NCBI GenBank assembly: GCA_963767925.1
Contig: CAVYGB010000008.1
Location: 2,432,001-2,496,000, forward strand
Length of the DNA stretch: 64,000 bases
From: an uncultured delta proteobacterium
Lineage (GTDB): Bacteria; Myxococcota_A; Polyangia; Fen-1088
Direction of reading: 5' to 3'
Shown here: positions 43,993-54,070 of the stretch, in pieces
Layout of the letters: the number at the start of each line of letters is the position of its first letter
How positions within the stretch are numbered: position 1 is the first letter of the stretch
The notes under the pieces: generated by a model
What the model saw: the letters and a program-made list of their open reading frames with translations, nothing else
What the model was told of the DNA's origin: nothing
Databases searched by the model: none
Position numbers and translations under genes: made by a program

Positions 43993-45351
43993 ATGTACCT
44001 TCGCAGCCTGGTCCTTCTCGCGGCGGTGCTGGGTCCCTGGCTCGCCAGCCCCAGGCCCGCGGCGGCGCGGCTCAACGGCATCCTCACCAGCGGCTGCAAC
44101 GCTTGCCACACCGGCACCCGGCTCCCCGAGGTGACGCTCTCGATCGACCCGCCCCAGATCGCGCTGGGCGGAACCGCGACCATCACGGTTCGCATCGCCG
44201 CCTCCGGACAGGGCGGCTTTTATCTTTATTCCTACGGCAAGGGCTCCTTCAAGGAGATCCCCGGACAGGGCGCCCGGCTGGCGACCCCCACCGACGTCAT
44301 CCACTCCACGCCGAAGAACGCCAGCGACGGCGCGGTGACCTTCCGGGTCGAGTGGACGGCGCCCTCCACCCAGGGGACGGTCAACTTCGAGGCGCTCGGA
44401 GTGGCCGCCGACGGCAACCGGAACCAGAGCGGCGACGCCGCCGGGCTGGGCCGCCTCTCGGTGGCGGTCGGCTGCACCGGCGTGGAGCGGTTCGTGGACA
44501 CCGACCGCGACGGCGCCGGCAACGGGAAGCTGCCCAAGGAGCAGGTCTGCGAGGGGACGCCCGGCTACTCGGAGCAAGGCGACGACTGCAACGACTACCT
44601 GACCTACGTCCATCCGGGCGCCGACGAGCGCTGCAACACCCTCGACGACGACTGCGACGGCCAGGTCGACGAGGGGCTGGAGTCGGCCATCGTCTACCGG
44701 GACGGCGACGGCGACGGGTTCGGCGACCGCTTCACGACCGACATGCGGATCGGCTGTGCGGCGTCCGGGTACGCGCCCAACAAGGACGACTGCAACGACA
44801 TGGACAAGACCATCAACCCGGGCGTCCGCGAGATCTGCAACAACAAGGACGACGACTGCAACGGCCGCAGCGACGAGGGGGCCCGGGCCACCTGTGGCCT
44901 CGGCTGGTGCCGGCGCAACGCCGATGGCTGTGACGCGCGAACCTGCACGCCGGGCGCGCCCCGGGCCGAGACCTGCAACCTGTTCGACGACGACTGCGAC
45001 GGCGCCATCGACAACAACGCCACGTGCGAGCCGGGCAAGCTCTGCTTCGGGGGGCGCTGCCTGGTGAGCGAAGACGCCCGGGCGGCGGCCGAGGCAGAGG
45101 CCATGACCACCGACGGCGGCGCGAGCGTGCTGGGTGGCGGAGACGGCGGCGCGCCGCCTGATGGCGGCGAGTCGCCGACCGCGGGGGATGGGTCCGAGGT
45201 CGGGACGCCGCCCGCCACCGGGCCCGCCAAGGCGAGCTCGCTGTGGGCCTGCTCGTTCGGAGACCCGGCCCGCTCCGGTCCGACCGGCGGCTGGCTGCTG
45301 CTGGCGATCGCGCTCTTCGGGCTGGGCCGCCGGCGATCTCGATCGCGCTGA
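43993..45351 (+). CDS. Secreted protein: CxxCH plus Reeler-like domain, MopE-like Cys/Asp repeats, MYXO-CTERM-type tail
   Basis: Signal peptide, GCNACH, DxDGDG and DDDCDG repeats, C-terminal ACS...WLLLAIALFGLGRRR. Confidence 0.75.
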   Translation: MYLRSLVLLAAVLGPWLASPRPAAARLNGILTSGCNACHTGTRLPEVTLSIDPPQIALGGTATITVRIAASGQGGFYLYSYGKGSFKEIPGQGARLATPTDVIHSTPKNASDGAVTFRVEWTAPSTQGTVNFEALGVAADGNRNQSGDAAGLGRLSVAVGCTGVERFVDTDRDGAGNGKLPKEQVCEGTPGYSEQGDDCNDYLTYVHPGADERCNTLDDDCDGQVDEGLESAIVYRDGDGDGFGDRFTTDMRIGCAASGYAPNKDDCNDMDKTINPGVREICNNKDDDCNGRSDEGARATCGLGWCRRNADGCDARTCTPGAPRAETCNLFDDDCDGAIDNNATCEPGKLCFGGRCLVSEDARAAAEAEAMTTDGGASVLGGGDGGAPPDGGESPTAGDGSEVGTPPATGPAKASSLWACSFGDPARSGPTGGWLLLAIALFGLGRRRSRSR

Positions 45352-45491
45352 GCCGGTCCCGCCCGCCCACCGATCCCCACATCGGACTCCGATCCGCGGC
45401 ACCCCTGATCGCTCGGTCAGAATTCACCGTTCCGCCACGCGGTCGAAACCAGGCTGCCTCTAGAGTCTTCCGTCGACCAAGGAGGACTCGC

Positions 45492-46484
45492 ATGAACGGA
45501 CTCGGCGGACTCAACCGATCGCCCGAGGGGATGGTGCTGGGCCTGGTGCAGCTCGCGTTGCCTCAGGTCGCCAGCAAGGCCGATCTGACCCGTCAGAGCG
45601 AGCGGATCGCGGCCCTCGTCAGCAAGGCCAAGAAGGGGATGCCCAGCCTCGACCTGGTCGTCTTCCCGGAGTACGCCCTGCACGGGCTGTCGATGGACAC
45701 CAACCCGGCGATCATGTGCCGCCTCGATGGCCCCGAGGTGGCGACCTTCAAGGCGGCCTGCGTGCGCGAGAAGGTGTGGGGCTGCTTTTCCATCATGGAG
45801 CAGAACCCGCAAGGTAACCCCTTCAACAGCGGCATCATCGTCGATTCGTCCGGAGAGCTTCGTCTCTACTACCGGAAGATGCACCCCTGGACGCCGGTCG
45901 AGCCCTGGGAGCCGGGCAACCTCGGCATCCCCGTCTGTGACGGGCCCAACGGCAGCAAGCTCGCCCTCATCATCTGCCACGACGGCATGTTTCCCGAGAT
46001 GGCGCGCGAGTGCGCGTACAAGGGCGCCACCGTGATGCTGCGAACGGCGGGATACACCGGCCCCATCCGCTCGGCCTGGCAGATGACCAACCAGGCCAAC
46101 GCCTTCTGCAACCTGATGTTCACCGCCAGCGTGTGCATGAGCGGCAGCGACGGCGTCTTCAACTCGATGGGCGAGGCGATGGTGGTGGACCACGAGGGCA
46201 CGGTCATCGCCGCAGGGGGCTCGGTGGCGGACGAGATCGTCACCGCCGAGGTGCGCCCCCGCCTGGCCGCCGAGGCCCGCCGGAACTGGGGCGTCGAGAA
46301 CAACATCTACCAGCTCGGCCACCGGGGCTACGTCGCCGTGCGCGGCGGGGCCGGCGACTGCCCCTACACGTACATGCGCGATCTCGTCGCCGGCCGGTAC
46401 CGCCTGCCCTGGGAGGCCGAGGTCCAGGTCACCGACGGCACGAGCTGCGGCTTCCCCGCCCCCACCCGCACCTACCGGGGCTGA
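45492..46484 (+). CDS. amiF: Formamidase (nitrilase superfamily)
   Basis: MNGLGGLN start, VVFPEY, YYRKMHPW, ICHDGMFPE, ENNIYQ; AAGGAGG RBS. Confidence 0.88.
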   Translation: MNGLGGLNRSPEGMVLGLVQLALPQVASKADLTRQSERIAALVSKAKKGMPSLDLVVFPEYALHGLSMDTNPAIMCRLDGPEVATFKAACVREKVWGCFSIMEQNPQGNPFNSGIIVDSSGELRLYYRKMHPWTPVEPWEPGNLGIPVCDGPNGSKLALIICHDGMFPEMARECAYKGATVMLRTAGYTGPIRSAWQMTNQANAFCNLMFTASVCMSGSDGVFNSMGEAMVVDHEGTVIAAGGSVADEIVTAEVRPRLAAEARRNWGVENNIYQLGHRGYVAVRGGAGDCPYTYMRDLVAGRYRLPWEAEVQVTDGTSCGFPAPTRTYRG

Positions 46485-46599
46485 TCCTCCGCCTCCGAGC
46501 GGCGCCGCACGTCGACGCTCTCCGGCCGAGAGGGCGAGACGGTTGCGGGCGCGCGACAGCGAGCCCGGTTCCCCGACGATCTCACGGCAGAACGGCCGC

Positions 46600-46984
46600 T
46601 GGCGTGGCGATCAATTTTCCCGGGCGAGCGCACCGTCCGGAAACACAGCGGCCAGATCTGGCGCTACCACCCCGAGGAGGGGACCATGGAGCTGGTGGTG
46701 GAGTTCGCGCCCGGCTCGCCCCACGACGGACCGGATAACATCACCGCCGGCCCGCACGGCTTCGCCCTGGCCTGCACCGACGGCGAGGACGACCAGTGGC
46801 TGATCTGGATCGACGACGCGGGCGGGATCTTCCCCTTCGCCGCAACGCCCGCAACGCCCGCGACGGCGCGGAGTTCGCCGGCGCCACCTTCTCCCCCGCG
46901 GGCGACGTCCTCTACGTGAACACCCAGGGCTCCCCCTCCCGCACCTTCGCCATCACCGGCCCCTGGTCCGGCGCCGACTCCTGA
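46600..46984 (+). pseudogene. C-terminal remnant of a PhoX/DUF839 alkaline phosphatase; 5' boundary approximate
   Basis: GQIWRYHP, DGPDNIT, EFAGATFSP.GDVLYVN, TFAITGPW. No room for the N-terminal part; 1-bp loss and a 9-bp tandem duplication (gcaacgccc) near 46842. Confidence 0.7.
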
Positions 46985-47028
46985 CGGTCCGGTTTACCGG
47001 GGACTGGCGCCGTGGCAAAACCGGCGGC

Positions 47029-47715
47029 ATGTTCGCCGACTGGCTGTCCCCGCTCGATCTGTCCGGCTTTCGCACCCAGCACCTGGGGCGGCAGCCCTGG
47101 GCCAGGCCCGGCGCCGCGGCGAGCGCCCTGCCCCTCCTGCGCTGGGAGACCTTCGACAGCGTCCTGGCCCCGCCGGCCGCTCCCGACGTCATGACGGTGG
47201 CCGAGGGCGCCCTGGTCCAGGTCCCCCAGCCTAGATCGTCGGCCGACGTGCGCGCCCTGATGCGGCGAGGGGTCAGCGTGGTGGTCCGGGCCAGCGAGCA
47301 GCACGATTCCGCGCTGGCCACCCTGGCCGGGTCGTTCTCCGGTGCGCTCCCCGGCGAGGTGCACATCCAGCTCTACGCAACCCCGACCGGGCGCCGCAGC
47401 TACGGCTGGCACTACGACTTCGAGGACGTGTTCATCGCCCAGACCGCCGGGGCCAAGGACTACTACTTCCGGGAGAACACCGTCGCCCGCGACACCCGCC
47501 TCGGCGAGGACCTCGACTTCACCGTCTTCACCCGGGAGACGTCCCCCCTCTTCACCGCCCGCCTCCTGCCGGGGGACTGGCTGTACATCCCGGCCCGCTG
47601 GTGGCACCTGGTCAAGTGTGTCGAGGACTCCCTGTCCATCTCGGTCGGCGTGATGCCCCCCGAAGCCTTCCAGACCGCCCGCCGCATCCCCGCCGGCTGG
47701 CGCGGCCCGACCTGA
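47029..47715 (+). CDS. JmjC/cupin 2-oxoglutarate-Fe(II) oxygenase (RoxA/YcfD-like catalytic domain)
   Basis: YGWHYDFEDVFIAQTAGAK; LLPGDWLYIPARWWH. Confidence 0.8.
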   Translation: MFADWLSPLDLSGFRTQHLGRQPWARPGAAASALPLLRWETFDSVLAPPAAPDVMTVAEGALVQVPQPRSSADVRALMRRGVSVVVRASEQHDSALATLAGSFSGALPGEVHIQLYATPTGRRSYGWHYDFEDVFIAQTAGAKDYYFRENTVARDTRLGEDLDFTVFTRETSPLFTARLLPGDWLYIPARWWHLVKCVEDSLSISVGVMPPEAFQTARRIPAGWRGPT

Positions 47716-47748
47716 TCGCCCGGCCTGATCGCCCGGCCTGATCGACCC
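47711..47748 (+). repeat. 13-bp tandem repeat, about 3 copies, over the cupin stop codon
   Basis: cctgatcgcccgg cctgatcgcccgg cctgatcgaccc. Confidence 0.75.
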
Positions 47749-47847
47749 ACCTGGCCCGGCCCCACCGCACACGAGCGGACATCCTCCACCGGCCCCGCCC
47801 GCCGTCTTGACTTCCCGCTCTTTTCCCGCAAGGATATCTCTCCTTCC

Positions 47848-47920
<73 letters not shown>

Positions 47921-47926
47921 CACGTG

Positions 47927-47968
47927 GAAACGCCCGGGACCCTCGAGGTCGCCGGGCGTTTCTGTTTC
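47927..47968 (+). terminator. Intrinsic terminator-like hairpin after the tRNA, possibly bidirectional
   Basis: gaaacgcccgg-gacc...ggtc-g-ccgggcgtttc followed by tgtttc. Confidence 0.7.
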
Positions 47969-48018
47969 TGGGGGTCCGTTTCTGGGGGGACCGGGCGGGC
48001 CGTGCGCGGCCCGGGGAC

Positions 48019-48303
48019 TCAGCGGCGGGTGCCGGTGTAGCCGCGGAGGCCGAAGGAGGTCCGGTGCGCGTTCAGGGCGTTGTTCTCGGCGATGTGCTCG
48101 CGGAGGACCTGCTCGATCGACTCCAGGCAGCCGACCCGACCGGCGGCGATCTCCCGCAACGACGTCACGGCGCCCTTGTTGTCACAGACGACGAGCGGCC
48201 GGTCGCCGTTGGCGAGCTGGCGGGCCCGCTTGGCCGCCAGGATGCACAGGGCGAAGCGGTTGGGCACACGCATGAGACAATCTTCGGCGGAGATACGAGC
48301 CAT
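48019..48303 (-). CDS. rpoZ: RNA polymerase omega subunit paralog (copy 2)
   Basis: [30 protein letters not shown]...[22 protein letters not shown]. Confidence 0.88.
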   Translation of the reverse strand: MARISAEDCLMRVPNRFALCILAAKRARQLANGDRPLVVCDNKGAVTSLREIAAGRVGCLESIEQVLREHIAENNALNAHRTSFGLRGYTGTRR

Positions 48304-48567
48304 CGGGATCCTCCTTGTTCTCGGCTTGGCGGCGGCCTGAACGACCCGCAGGGCTCGAAAGCAGGGCCCTGGAGGAGGAGGAGACGACCGTAAGGTCCCC
48401 GAACCCTAGCAGGTGCGGGAGCGGGGTGACACCCAATTGCGAGCGGTCGCCGCCGGCCAACCCCGGCTTGCCCCGACGTTTTCCGCGGCCTCTCGCCGAG
48501 GTCGCGCCGGGGCCGCCCGGCCAACGCACCGTCCACGAAACCGGGCCCGCGGAGGTACGATGCGGGC

Positions 48568-49644
48568 ATGTTGCTCACGCTGCTGATGGCGTGGCGGATC
48601 GGCGGCCCCGCGGTCGCTCCGCCGAGCCCGCCCGAGGTGGCCCAGGCTCAGCGCTTCGCGCGCCTGGCCCTGGACTGCGTACACCGGGAATACCCCAACA
48701 AGATCGCACACGTCCTCGACGGCGACGGCGCGGTCCAGCCCCCCCGCGCGCTCACGCCCGCGTTCTACGGCTGCTACGACTGGCACTCCTCGGTCCACGG
48801 GCACTGGCTGCTGGCGCGGCTGGCGCGGCGCTTTCCCGAGGCGCCGTTCGCCCGGGAGGCGCGGGCCGCGCTCGCGCGCAGCTTGACGGCGGCGGCGATC
48901 GCGGGCGAGGTCCGGTACTTCGAGGGCAAGGGCCGGATCGCCTTCGAGCGGCCCTATGGTCTCGCCTGGCTGCTGCAGCTCGCGGCCGAGCTGCGCGAGT
49001 GGACCGATCCACAGGCGCAGGGCTGGTCGCGCGCGCTCGCTCCGCTCGAGGCGATCGCCGCCGCCCGCCTCGAGGCCTGGATGCCCAAGCTCTCTTACCC
49101 CATCCGGTCGGGCGAACATTCCCAGACTGCCTTCGCCTTCGGCCTGGTGCTCGACTGGGCCAGGGCCAGCGGCGACGCCGAGATGGCGGCGCTCCTCGAG
49201 TCGCGAGCCCGGGACTTCTACCTCGAGGACCGCAACGGCCCGCTGGCCTACGAGCCGTCCGGTGAGGACTTCCTCTCGCCGGGCCTGGCAGAGGCCGACC
49301 TCATGCGCCGGGTGCTCCGGCCCCCGGCCTTCGCCACCTGGCTGCGCACCTTCTTGCCCCAGGTGCCCCGGAATGGCTCGGCGGCCTGGCTCCGCCCCGC
49401 GCCCGTCACCGATCGAGCCGATCCCAAGCTCGCGCATATCGACGGCCTCAACCTCAGCCGCGCCTGGATGCTCGACGGCATCGCCGCCGGGCTGCCCGCC
49501 ACCGACCGGCGCATCGCCGCCCTGCGAGCGGCTGCCCGGGCACACCGCGAAGCCGGGCTTGTCGCCGTCACCGGCGAGCATTACGAGGGCGGCCACTGGC
49601 TCGGCACCTTCGCCGTTTACCTGCTCACGGCGCGGGGACTCTGA
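48568..49644 (+). CDS. DUF2891-family protein
   Basis: REYPNK, PAFYGCYDWHSSVHGHW, FERPYGLAWLL, HIDGLNLSRAW, YEGGHWLGTFA. Confidence 0.85.
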   Translation: MLLTLLMAWRIGGPAVAPPSPPEVAQAQRFARLALDCVHREYPNKIAHVLDGDGAVQPPRALTPAFYGCYDWHSSVHGHWLLARLARRFPEAPFAREARAALARSLTAAAIAGEVRYFEGKGRIAFERPYGLAWLLQLAAELREWTDPQAQGWSRALAPLEAIAAARLEAWMPKLSYPIRSGEHSQTAFAFGLVLDWARASGDAEMAALLESRARDFYLEDRNGPLAYEPSGEDFLSPGLAEADLMRRVLRPPAFATWLRTFLPQVPRNGSAAWLRPAPVTDRADPKLAHIDGLNLSRAWMLDGIAAGLPATDRRIAALRAAARAHREAGLVAVTGEHYEGGHWLGTFAVYLLTARGL

Positions 49645-49938
49645 GCGACGCACACCCCGGGCCTCGGACAGGCCGCGGCATCGACCGCCCGCGACGGTTG
49701 GACTCTTGCGTTGCGGCGATTTTCCAGGCGCTCCCGGACGTGGCGGCGTCAGCCGATTTTGTCGGGATTGTACGGCCGGGAGACGCACATCCGCGCTATG
49801 GTTGGCCCGAGTCCACGTTTCCCGCTTATGTCTCCCGCGTTGCTCTTCCTTGTGGGTCAGCTTCGTTCGAGTCCTCTGAACGGCGGGGCTGGCTTCTGAA
49901 CAGCGGCAGTTCCGCTGGCAACCGGAAGGAAAAGAGCA

Positions 49939-50253
49939 ATGGGCAAGCGACTTTATGTTGGCAATCTGTCGTACGACACGTCCGAGGTCGACCTCCGCAA
50001 CGTGTTCAGCAACGCGGGCACCGTCGCGGACGTCAAGGTGGTCCTCGATCGCGACACCGGTCGTCCCCGGGGCTTTGCCTTCGTGGAGATGAGCACGGAC
50101 AAGGAGGCCCAGGAGGCCATCGATCAGCTCAACGGTCGCGACCTCGGCGGCCGCACCCTCAAGGTGAACGAGGCCAACGAGAGCACCTCCCGGGGTGGCG
50201 GCGGTGGTGGTGGTGGCGGCGGCGGTGGTGGCGGCGGCCGGAACCGCTGGTAG
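49939..50253 (+). CDS. RRM RNA-binding protein with Gly-rich tail
   Basis: RNP2 LYVGNL, RNP1 RGFAFVEM, GRTLKVNEA, poly-Gly tail. Confidence 0.93.
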   Translation: MGKRLYVGNLSYDTSEVDLRNVFSNAGTVADVKVVLDRDTGRPRGFAFVEMSTDKEAQEAIDQLNGRDLGGRTLKVNEANESTSRGGGGGGGGGGGGGGGRNRW

Positions 50254-50266
50254 CGCGCCCACCGTC

Positions 50267-50299
50267 GAGCTGCCCCCTGGCCGAGGCCAGGGGCGGCTC
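50267..50299. terminator. GC-rich hairpin between convergent genes
   Basis: gagctgccccctggcc-ga-ggccaggggcggctc; no U-tract. Confidence 0.5.
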
Positions 50300-50603
50300 A
50301 GGGGTGCTCGAGCATCCCCTGGATCTTGATCGAGGTGCCGTCGGAGTAGCCCGATGCCCAGCGGAAGCGGAACATCGCCGCCCCGCCCGCCCGGGCTTCG
50401 ACGACGAGCCGCTTCCGGTCCAGGCACCACAGGAACTGCGTCAGGGCTTGGTCGGCCCCCACCACGTCGAGGATCGTCAGTCCGTAGGTGGGCTGCTCCC
50501 GTCGGGTCACCAGGTTGGCCCCGCCCCGGTCTCGTTTGCGCTCATCGACGAATCGCACGCCCCCCGGAGAGGGCGTGGGATTTTGGGGCAGGAGAAGGCT
50601 CAT
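50298..50603 (-). CDS. Hypothetical protein
   Basis: About 100-aa ORF with protein-like composition; no recognisable motif; start uncertain. Confidence 0.45.
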   Translation of the reverse strand: MSLLLPQNPTPSPGGVRFVDERKRDRGGANLVTRREQPTYGLTILDVVGADQALTQFLWCLDRKRLVVEARAGGAAMFRFRWASGYSDGTSIKIQGMLEHP

Positions 50604-50759
50604 GGTCAGGTGCCGTGGAGAGTATCTACCGCCCTCTGCGATCAGGGACCATGAGGAAGTTCGATCTCCTGTCGTCGGAAAAGCCGACGCCAAGCGGCGG
50701 ATCGGCCGCCAGGTCGGAACCGCGAGCGCGAGCCGCTTGCACGGGCGGAGGCTGGACGC

Positions 50760-51068
50760 TCAGGGCGGATCGGTCGCCAGAAAACAGAGCGGCTGGCGGT
50801 GGCAAGGCGGCAGGAACGAGTTGCCGACCAGATCCCGCACGGGCCGCAAGGTCGGCCGGGCCACCGTCTCGGCCGGCGTCTCGAGCACCGGGACCACCTC
50901 TTCTGCCGAGACGAGCAGCGCCTCGCGCAGGTTGAGCGCGCCCTGCACGATGGAAAACACGAACACCGGCAGGGCGATCACGACCGCGCCCATGGCCCGC
51001 ATCAGCCCCCGGCGGTGAACCACCGCGAACCGCTCCCCCGATCCGCCTTCTCCTACCGGACGCGACAT
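50760..51068 (-). CDS. Small hypothetical membrane protein
   Basis: GAGGAGG RBS; one TM segment (AVVIALPVFVFSIV). Confidence 0.45.
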   Translation of the reverse strand: MSRPVGEGGSGERFAVVHRRGLMRAMGAVVIALPVFVFSIVQGALNLREALLVSAEEVVPVLETPAETVARPTLRPVRDLVGNSFLPPCHRQPLCFLATDPP

Positions 51069-51138
51069 GTCGGCCTCCTCCCGCTCCCCCATCGATTGAT
51101 TATGAACGGGCCGGCGCCGAGGGCCAGTCGTCAGGGGC

Positions 51139-52491
51139 TCAGGCCGGTCGATTCGGCCGTGGAATCAAGGCCAGGAGCAGCACGCCAGCTACCCCCGCGG
51201 CGGCTGATCCCGCCAGGATGCCCAGCTTGGCTGCGTCGAGGAGCCGGGGGTCGGCCGGGTAAGCCAGAGAAGCGATGAAGAGCGCGACGGTGAAGCCGAT
51301 CCCGGCCACGATGGCCACGCCACCCACCCGCAGCCACTCGACCCCGCCGGGGAGCGGGGCCAGCCGCAGCCGGACCGCGATCCAGGTGGCGAGCAGGATC
51401 CCCACCGGCTTGCCCAGCAGGAGCCCGAGGCCCACGCCCAGGGCGACCGCCGCGCCCGGGCCGGCCGCCCCCCCGCTCAGCGTGACGCCGGCGTTGGCCA
51501 GGGCGAACAGCGGCATGATCCCGAAGGCCACGTAGGGGTGCAGCCCGTGCACGAAGCGGGTGAGGGGCGCCTCGAGGTCTTCGAGCTTCTCCTCGATCTG
51601 CAAGACGGCGCTGTCGTCGAGCGTCTCCCGGGAGGACGCGGCGAGAAGGCCACGGACGTGCTCCTCCAGCTCGGCCAGAATCTGGGCGGCCGGTCGTCGC
51701 GGGCGCACCGGGATGAGGAGGCCAAGCGCGACGCCGGAGATGGTGGCGTGGATCCCGCCCGCGTGCAGGGCGTACCAGAGGGCGACGCCCCCCGCGGCGT
51801 AGGCCACCCCGCTGCGCACGTAAGCGCGGTTCATGGCCAGCAGCCCGAGGGTCACGGCGGCGGCCCCCAGCAACCAGGGGAGCGAGAGCCCCTCGCCGTA
51901 AAAGAGCGCGATGACGAGGATGCCGCCGATGTCGTCGAAGATGGCGAGGGCGATGAGAAAGACCTTCAGGGCGTGGGGCACCCGCGGGCCGAGCAAGGTC
52001 AGGCAGCCCAGGCAAAAGGCGATGTCGGTGGCCATGGGGATCCCCCAGCCGTGCTCGCCCGGTCCACCCCAGTTGAAGATCAGGAAGGTGATCGATGGGA
52101 CGACCATGCCGCCGAGTGCGGCCACCGCCGGCAGGAGGGCGCGGCCGACCGTGCGCAGCTCGCCCAGGACCAGCTCGCGCTTGATCTCCATGCCCACCAG
52201 GAGAAAGAAGATCGCCATCAACCCGTCGTTGATGACGGCCTGGAGGCTCACCCGCACCACCTGCCCCTCCAGCCCGAACGAGAGGTTCGCGGCGAACAGC
52301 CGCTGGTAGCTGGGCTGCCATGGGGAGTTGGACCAGACCAGGGCCACCACCGCCGCCGCGAACAGCACGATGCCGCTGGCCGCCTCCAGGCGGAAGAAGG
52401 CCTGGATGGGCTCGATGACCGCTCCGAAGGCGCTGGTGCGAGCGGAGCGCCCGCGGCTGTTACCGCGGTTTCTCGGGGGGGAATCAGACAC
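51139..52491 (-). CDS. nhaA: Na+/H+ antiporter NhaA
   Basis: INDGLMAIFFLLVGMEIKRE, GWGIPMATDIAF, LAIFDD, GIGFTVALFI, AKLGIL; probable GTG start at 52491. Confidence 0.93.
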   Translation of the reverse strand: MSDSPPRNRGNSRGRSARTSAFGAVIEPIQAFFRLEAASGIVLFAAAVVALVWSNSPWQPSYQRLFAANLSFGLEGQVVRVSLQAVINDGLMAIFFLLVGMEIKRELVLGELRTVGRALLPAVAALGGMVVPSITFLIFNWGGPGEHGWGIPMATDIAFCLGCLTLLGPRVPHALKVFLIALAIFDDIGGILVIALFYGEGLSLPWLLGAAAVTLGLLAMNRAYVRSGVAYAAGGVALWYALHAGGIHATISGVALGLLIPVRPRRPAAQILAELEEHVRGLLAASSRETLDDSAVLQIEEKLEDLEAPLTRFVHGLHPYVAFGIMPLFALANAGVTLSGGAAGPGAAVALGVGLGLLLGKPVGILLATWIAVRLRLAPLPGGVEWLRVGGVAIVAGIGFTVALFIASLAYPADPRLLDAAKLGILAGSAAAGVAGVLLLALIPRPNRPA

Positions 52492-52597
52492 GATCGGCCT
52501 CCGCGTTTCGGCTGGCGGCCCGACCACCCGAAGAACCTGCGGCGCAGCCGCCGCACCCTTGCAAAGCTCGGAGTCTTGGCGAAAAGCAGAGAGGCGG

Positions 52598-54070
52598 TCA
52601 AGCCCCGACGCGCGAGGGGGCAACCCGTCCCGCGCCGTCGCCGCCGGTCCCCTCGGCACCAGGCGTCCCCCCCTCGGCCAGCGGCGACACGACGAAGCCG
52701 GGGAGGGTCACGCAAAAGCGGGTCCCCTCCTCGAGTCGGGACGTCACCTCGATCGATCCCCCAGCCGCCTCGACGATCCGGTGGACGGTCGCCAGCCCGA
52801 GGCCGCTGCCGGGGACCCGGGCGCCCGGGGTCCGGTAAAAGGGCTCGAAGATGCGGGCCTGGTGCTCGAGCGCGATGCCCGGGCCGGTGTCCTCCACGAC
52901 GATCTGATAGGCGCCCTCCCGGCCGCGGGCGACAACCCGCACCCGGCGGAGCGGGCGGCCGTCGAGGAACTTGAAGGCGTTGCTCAGCAGGTTGGCGGTG
53001 ACCGCCAGCAACAGCGCCGGCGCGCAGGCCACGGTCCCTTCCTCGATGTCCGTCTCCACCTCGGCGGAGACCTCCTCGCGCAGGCCGGCCAGGCTGTCGA
53101 GCGCGCCGGTGACGGCGGCCCGGACCGAGGCGCCGGCGTAGGGATCGGCGCCTCGCCCCGAGCGCGCGAAGGCCAGCAAGGTGTCGAGGAAGGCGGTGGC
53201 GCGCGCGCCCGCCCGGGCCACCCGCTCGGTCGCCACGTCGACGTCTTCGGGGCGGGTCCGCACGTGCCGGAGGTGGGCGGCGGCGATGGGCAGAGGCGCG
53301 AGGATGTTGCGCAGATCGTGCGCCACCCGGCCGGCGAAGGCGTCGAGGTCCTGGTTGCGCTGCTCGAGCAGCTCGGCGGTCGTGGCCAGCTCCGAGCGGC
53401 TCCGCTCGAGCGCCATCAAGGTCCGCACCAGCAGCACCGTCATCAACCCTGCCACCGCCACCGCCAGCCCGGCGCCCCCGAGCAACAGGCTGTAGGCGAC
53501 GCTGGTTTGCTCCTCGGCCCGCCGGCGCGCGTCGGCGAGGTCGCGCACCTCGAGGGAGGTGGCGGCGGTCAGGGCGGCGTCGAGCGCCTCGCGCGCGGGC
53601 TGCACCTCCCGGTCGACCCGCTCGGCCGCCCCCGCTTCCCCCCGGTTGCGCTCCTGCATGGCCTGCTCCAGCCGCTCGTAGTAGGCGTCGGCCAGCCGGC
53701 GGACGTCGGCCATGGCGGTGCGGGCGGGGACCCCTTCGCTGCGGGCAGCCAGCCCGGCGAGGACCAGGGCCATCTCGCGTCGGGTCGCGCGGGTGTCCTC
53801 GACCAGCTCGGGCCGGCCGGTGAGCAGGAATTTCTGGCCGGTCCGGCCGGTTCGTTCACTGAGGTAGACCAGGCGCTGGAACTGCACGACGTCGGCCGCT
53901 TCCCGGTCGATGAGCTGGTTCATGCGCTCTGTGTTCCGGCGGAGCTGCGCCAGGGAGGCGAAGGTCAGGGCCAGGGCCAGCACCAGGCCGAACACGTGAC
54001 CGGCGATGGCCCGCCCTATCCCGAATCGCGGCTGCTCCCGCTTCACGACTCGACCCCGAGACGCCGACAC
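52598..54070 (-). CDS. Orphan sensor histidine kinase (periplasmic helical bundle)
   Basis: Two TM segments, VAHDLRN, NLLSNAFKF, DTGPG, IFEPF, GSGLGL; start uncertain. Confidence 0.85.
   Translation of the reverse strand: MSASRGRVVKREQPRFGIGRAIAGHVFGLVLALALTFASLAQLRRNTERMNQLIDREAADVVQFQRLVYLSERTGRTGQKFLLTGRPELVEDTRATRREMALVLAGLAARSEGVPARTAMADVRRLADAYYERLEQAMQERNRGEAGAAERVDREVQPAREALDAALTAATSLEVRDLADARRRAEEQTSVAYSLLLGGAGLAVAVAGLMTVLLVRTLMALERSRSELATTAELLEQRNQDLDAFAGRVAHDLRNILAPLPIAAAHLRHVRTRPEDVDVATERVARAGARATAFLDTLLAFARSGRGADPYAGASVRAAVTGALDSLAGLREEVSAEVETDIEEGTVACAPALLLAVTANLLSNAFKFLDGRPLRRVRVVARGREGAYQIVVEDTGPGIALEHQARIFEPFYRTPGARVPGSGLGLATVHRIVEAAGGSIEVTSRLEEGTRFCVTLPGFVVSPLAEGGTPGAEGTGGDGAGRVAPSRVGA

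Noticed and set aside
47807..47840. Sigma-70 promoter for the tRNA (TTGACT)
   Set aside because: No convincing -10 hexamer at 16-18 bp spacing.
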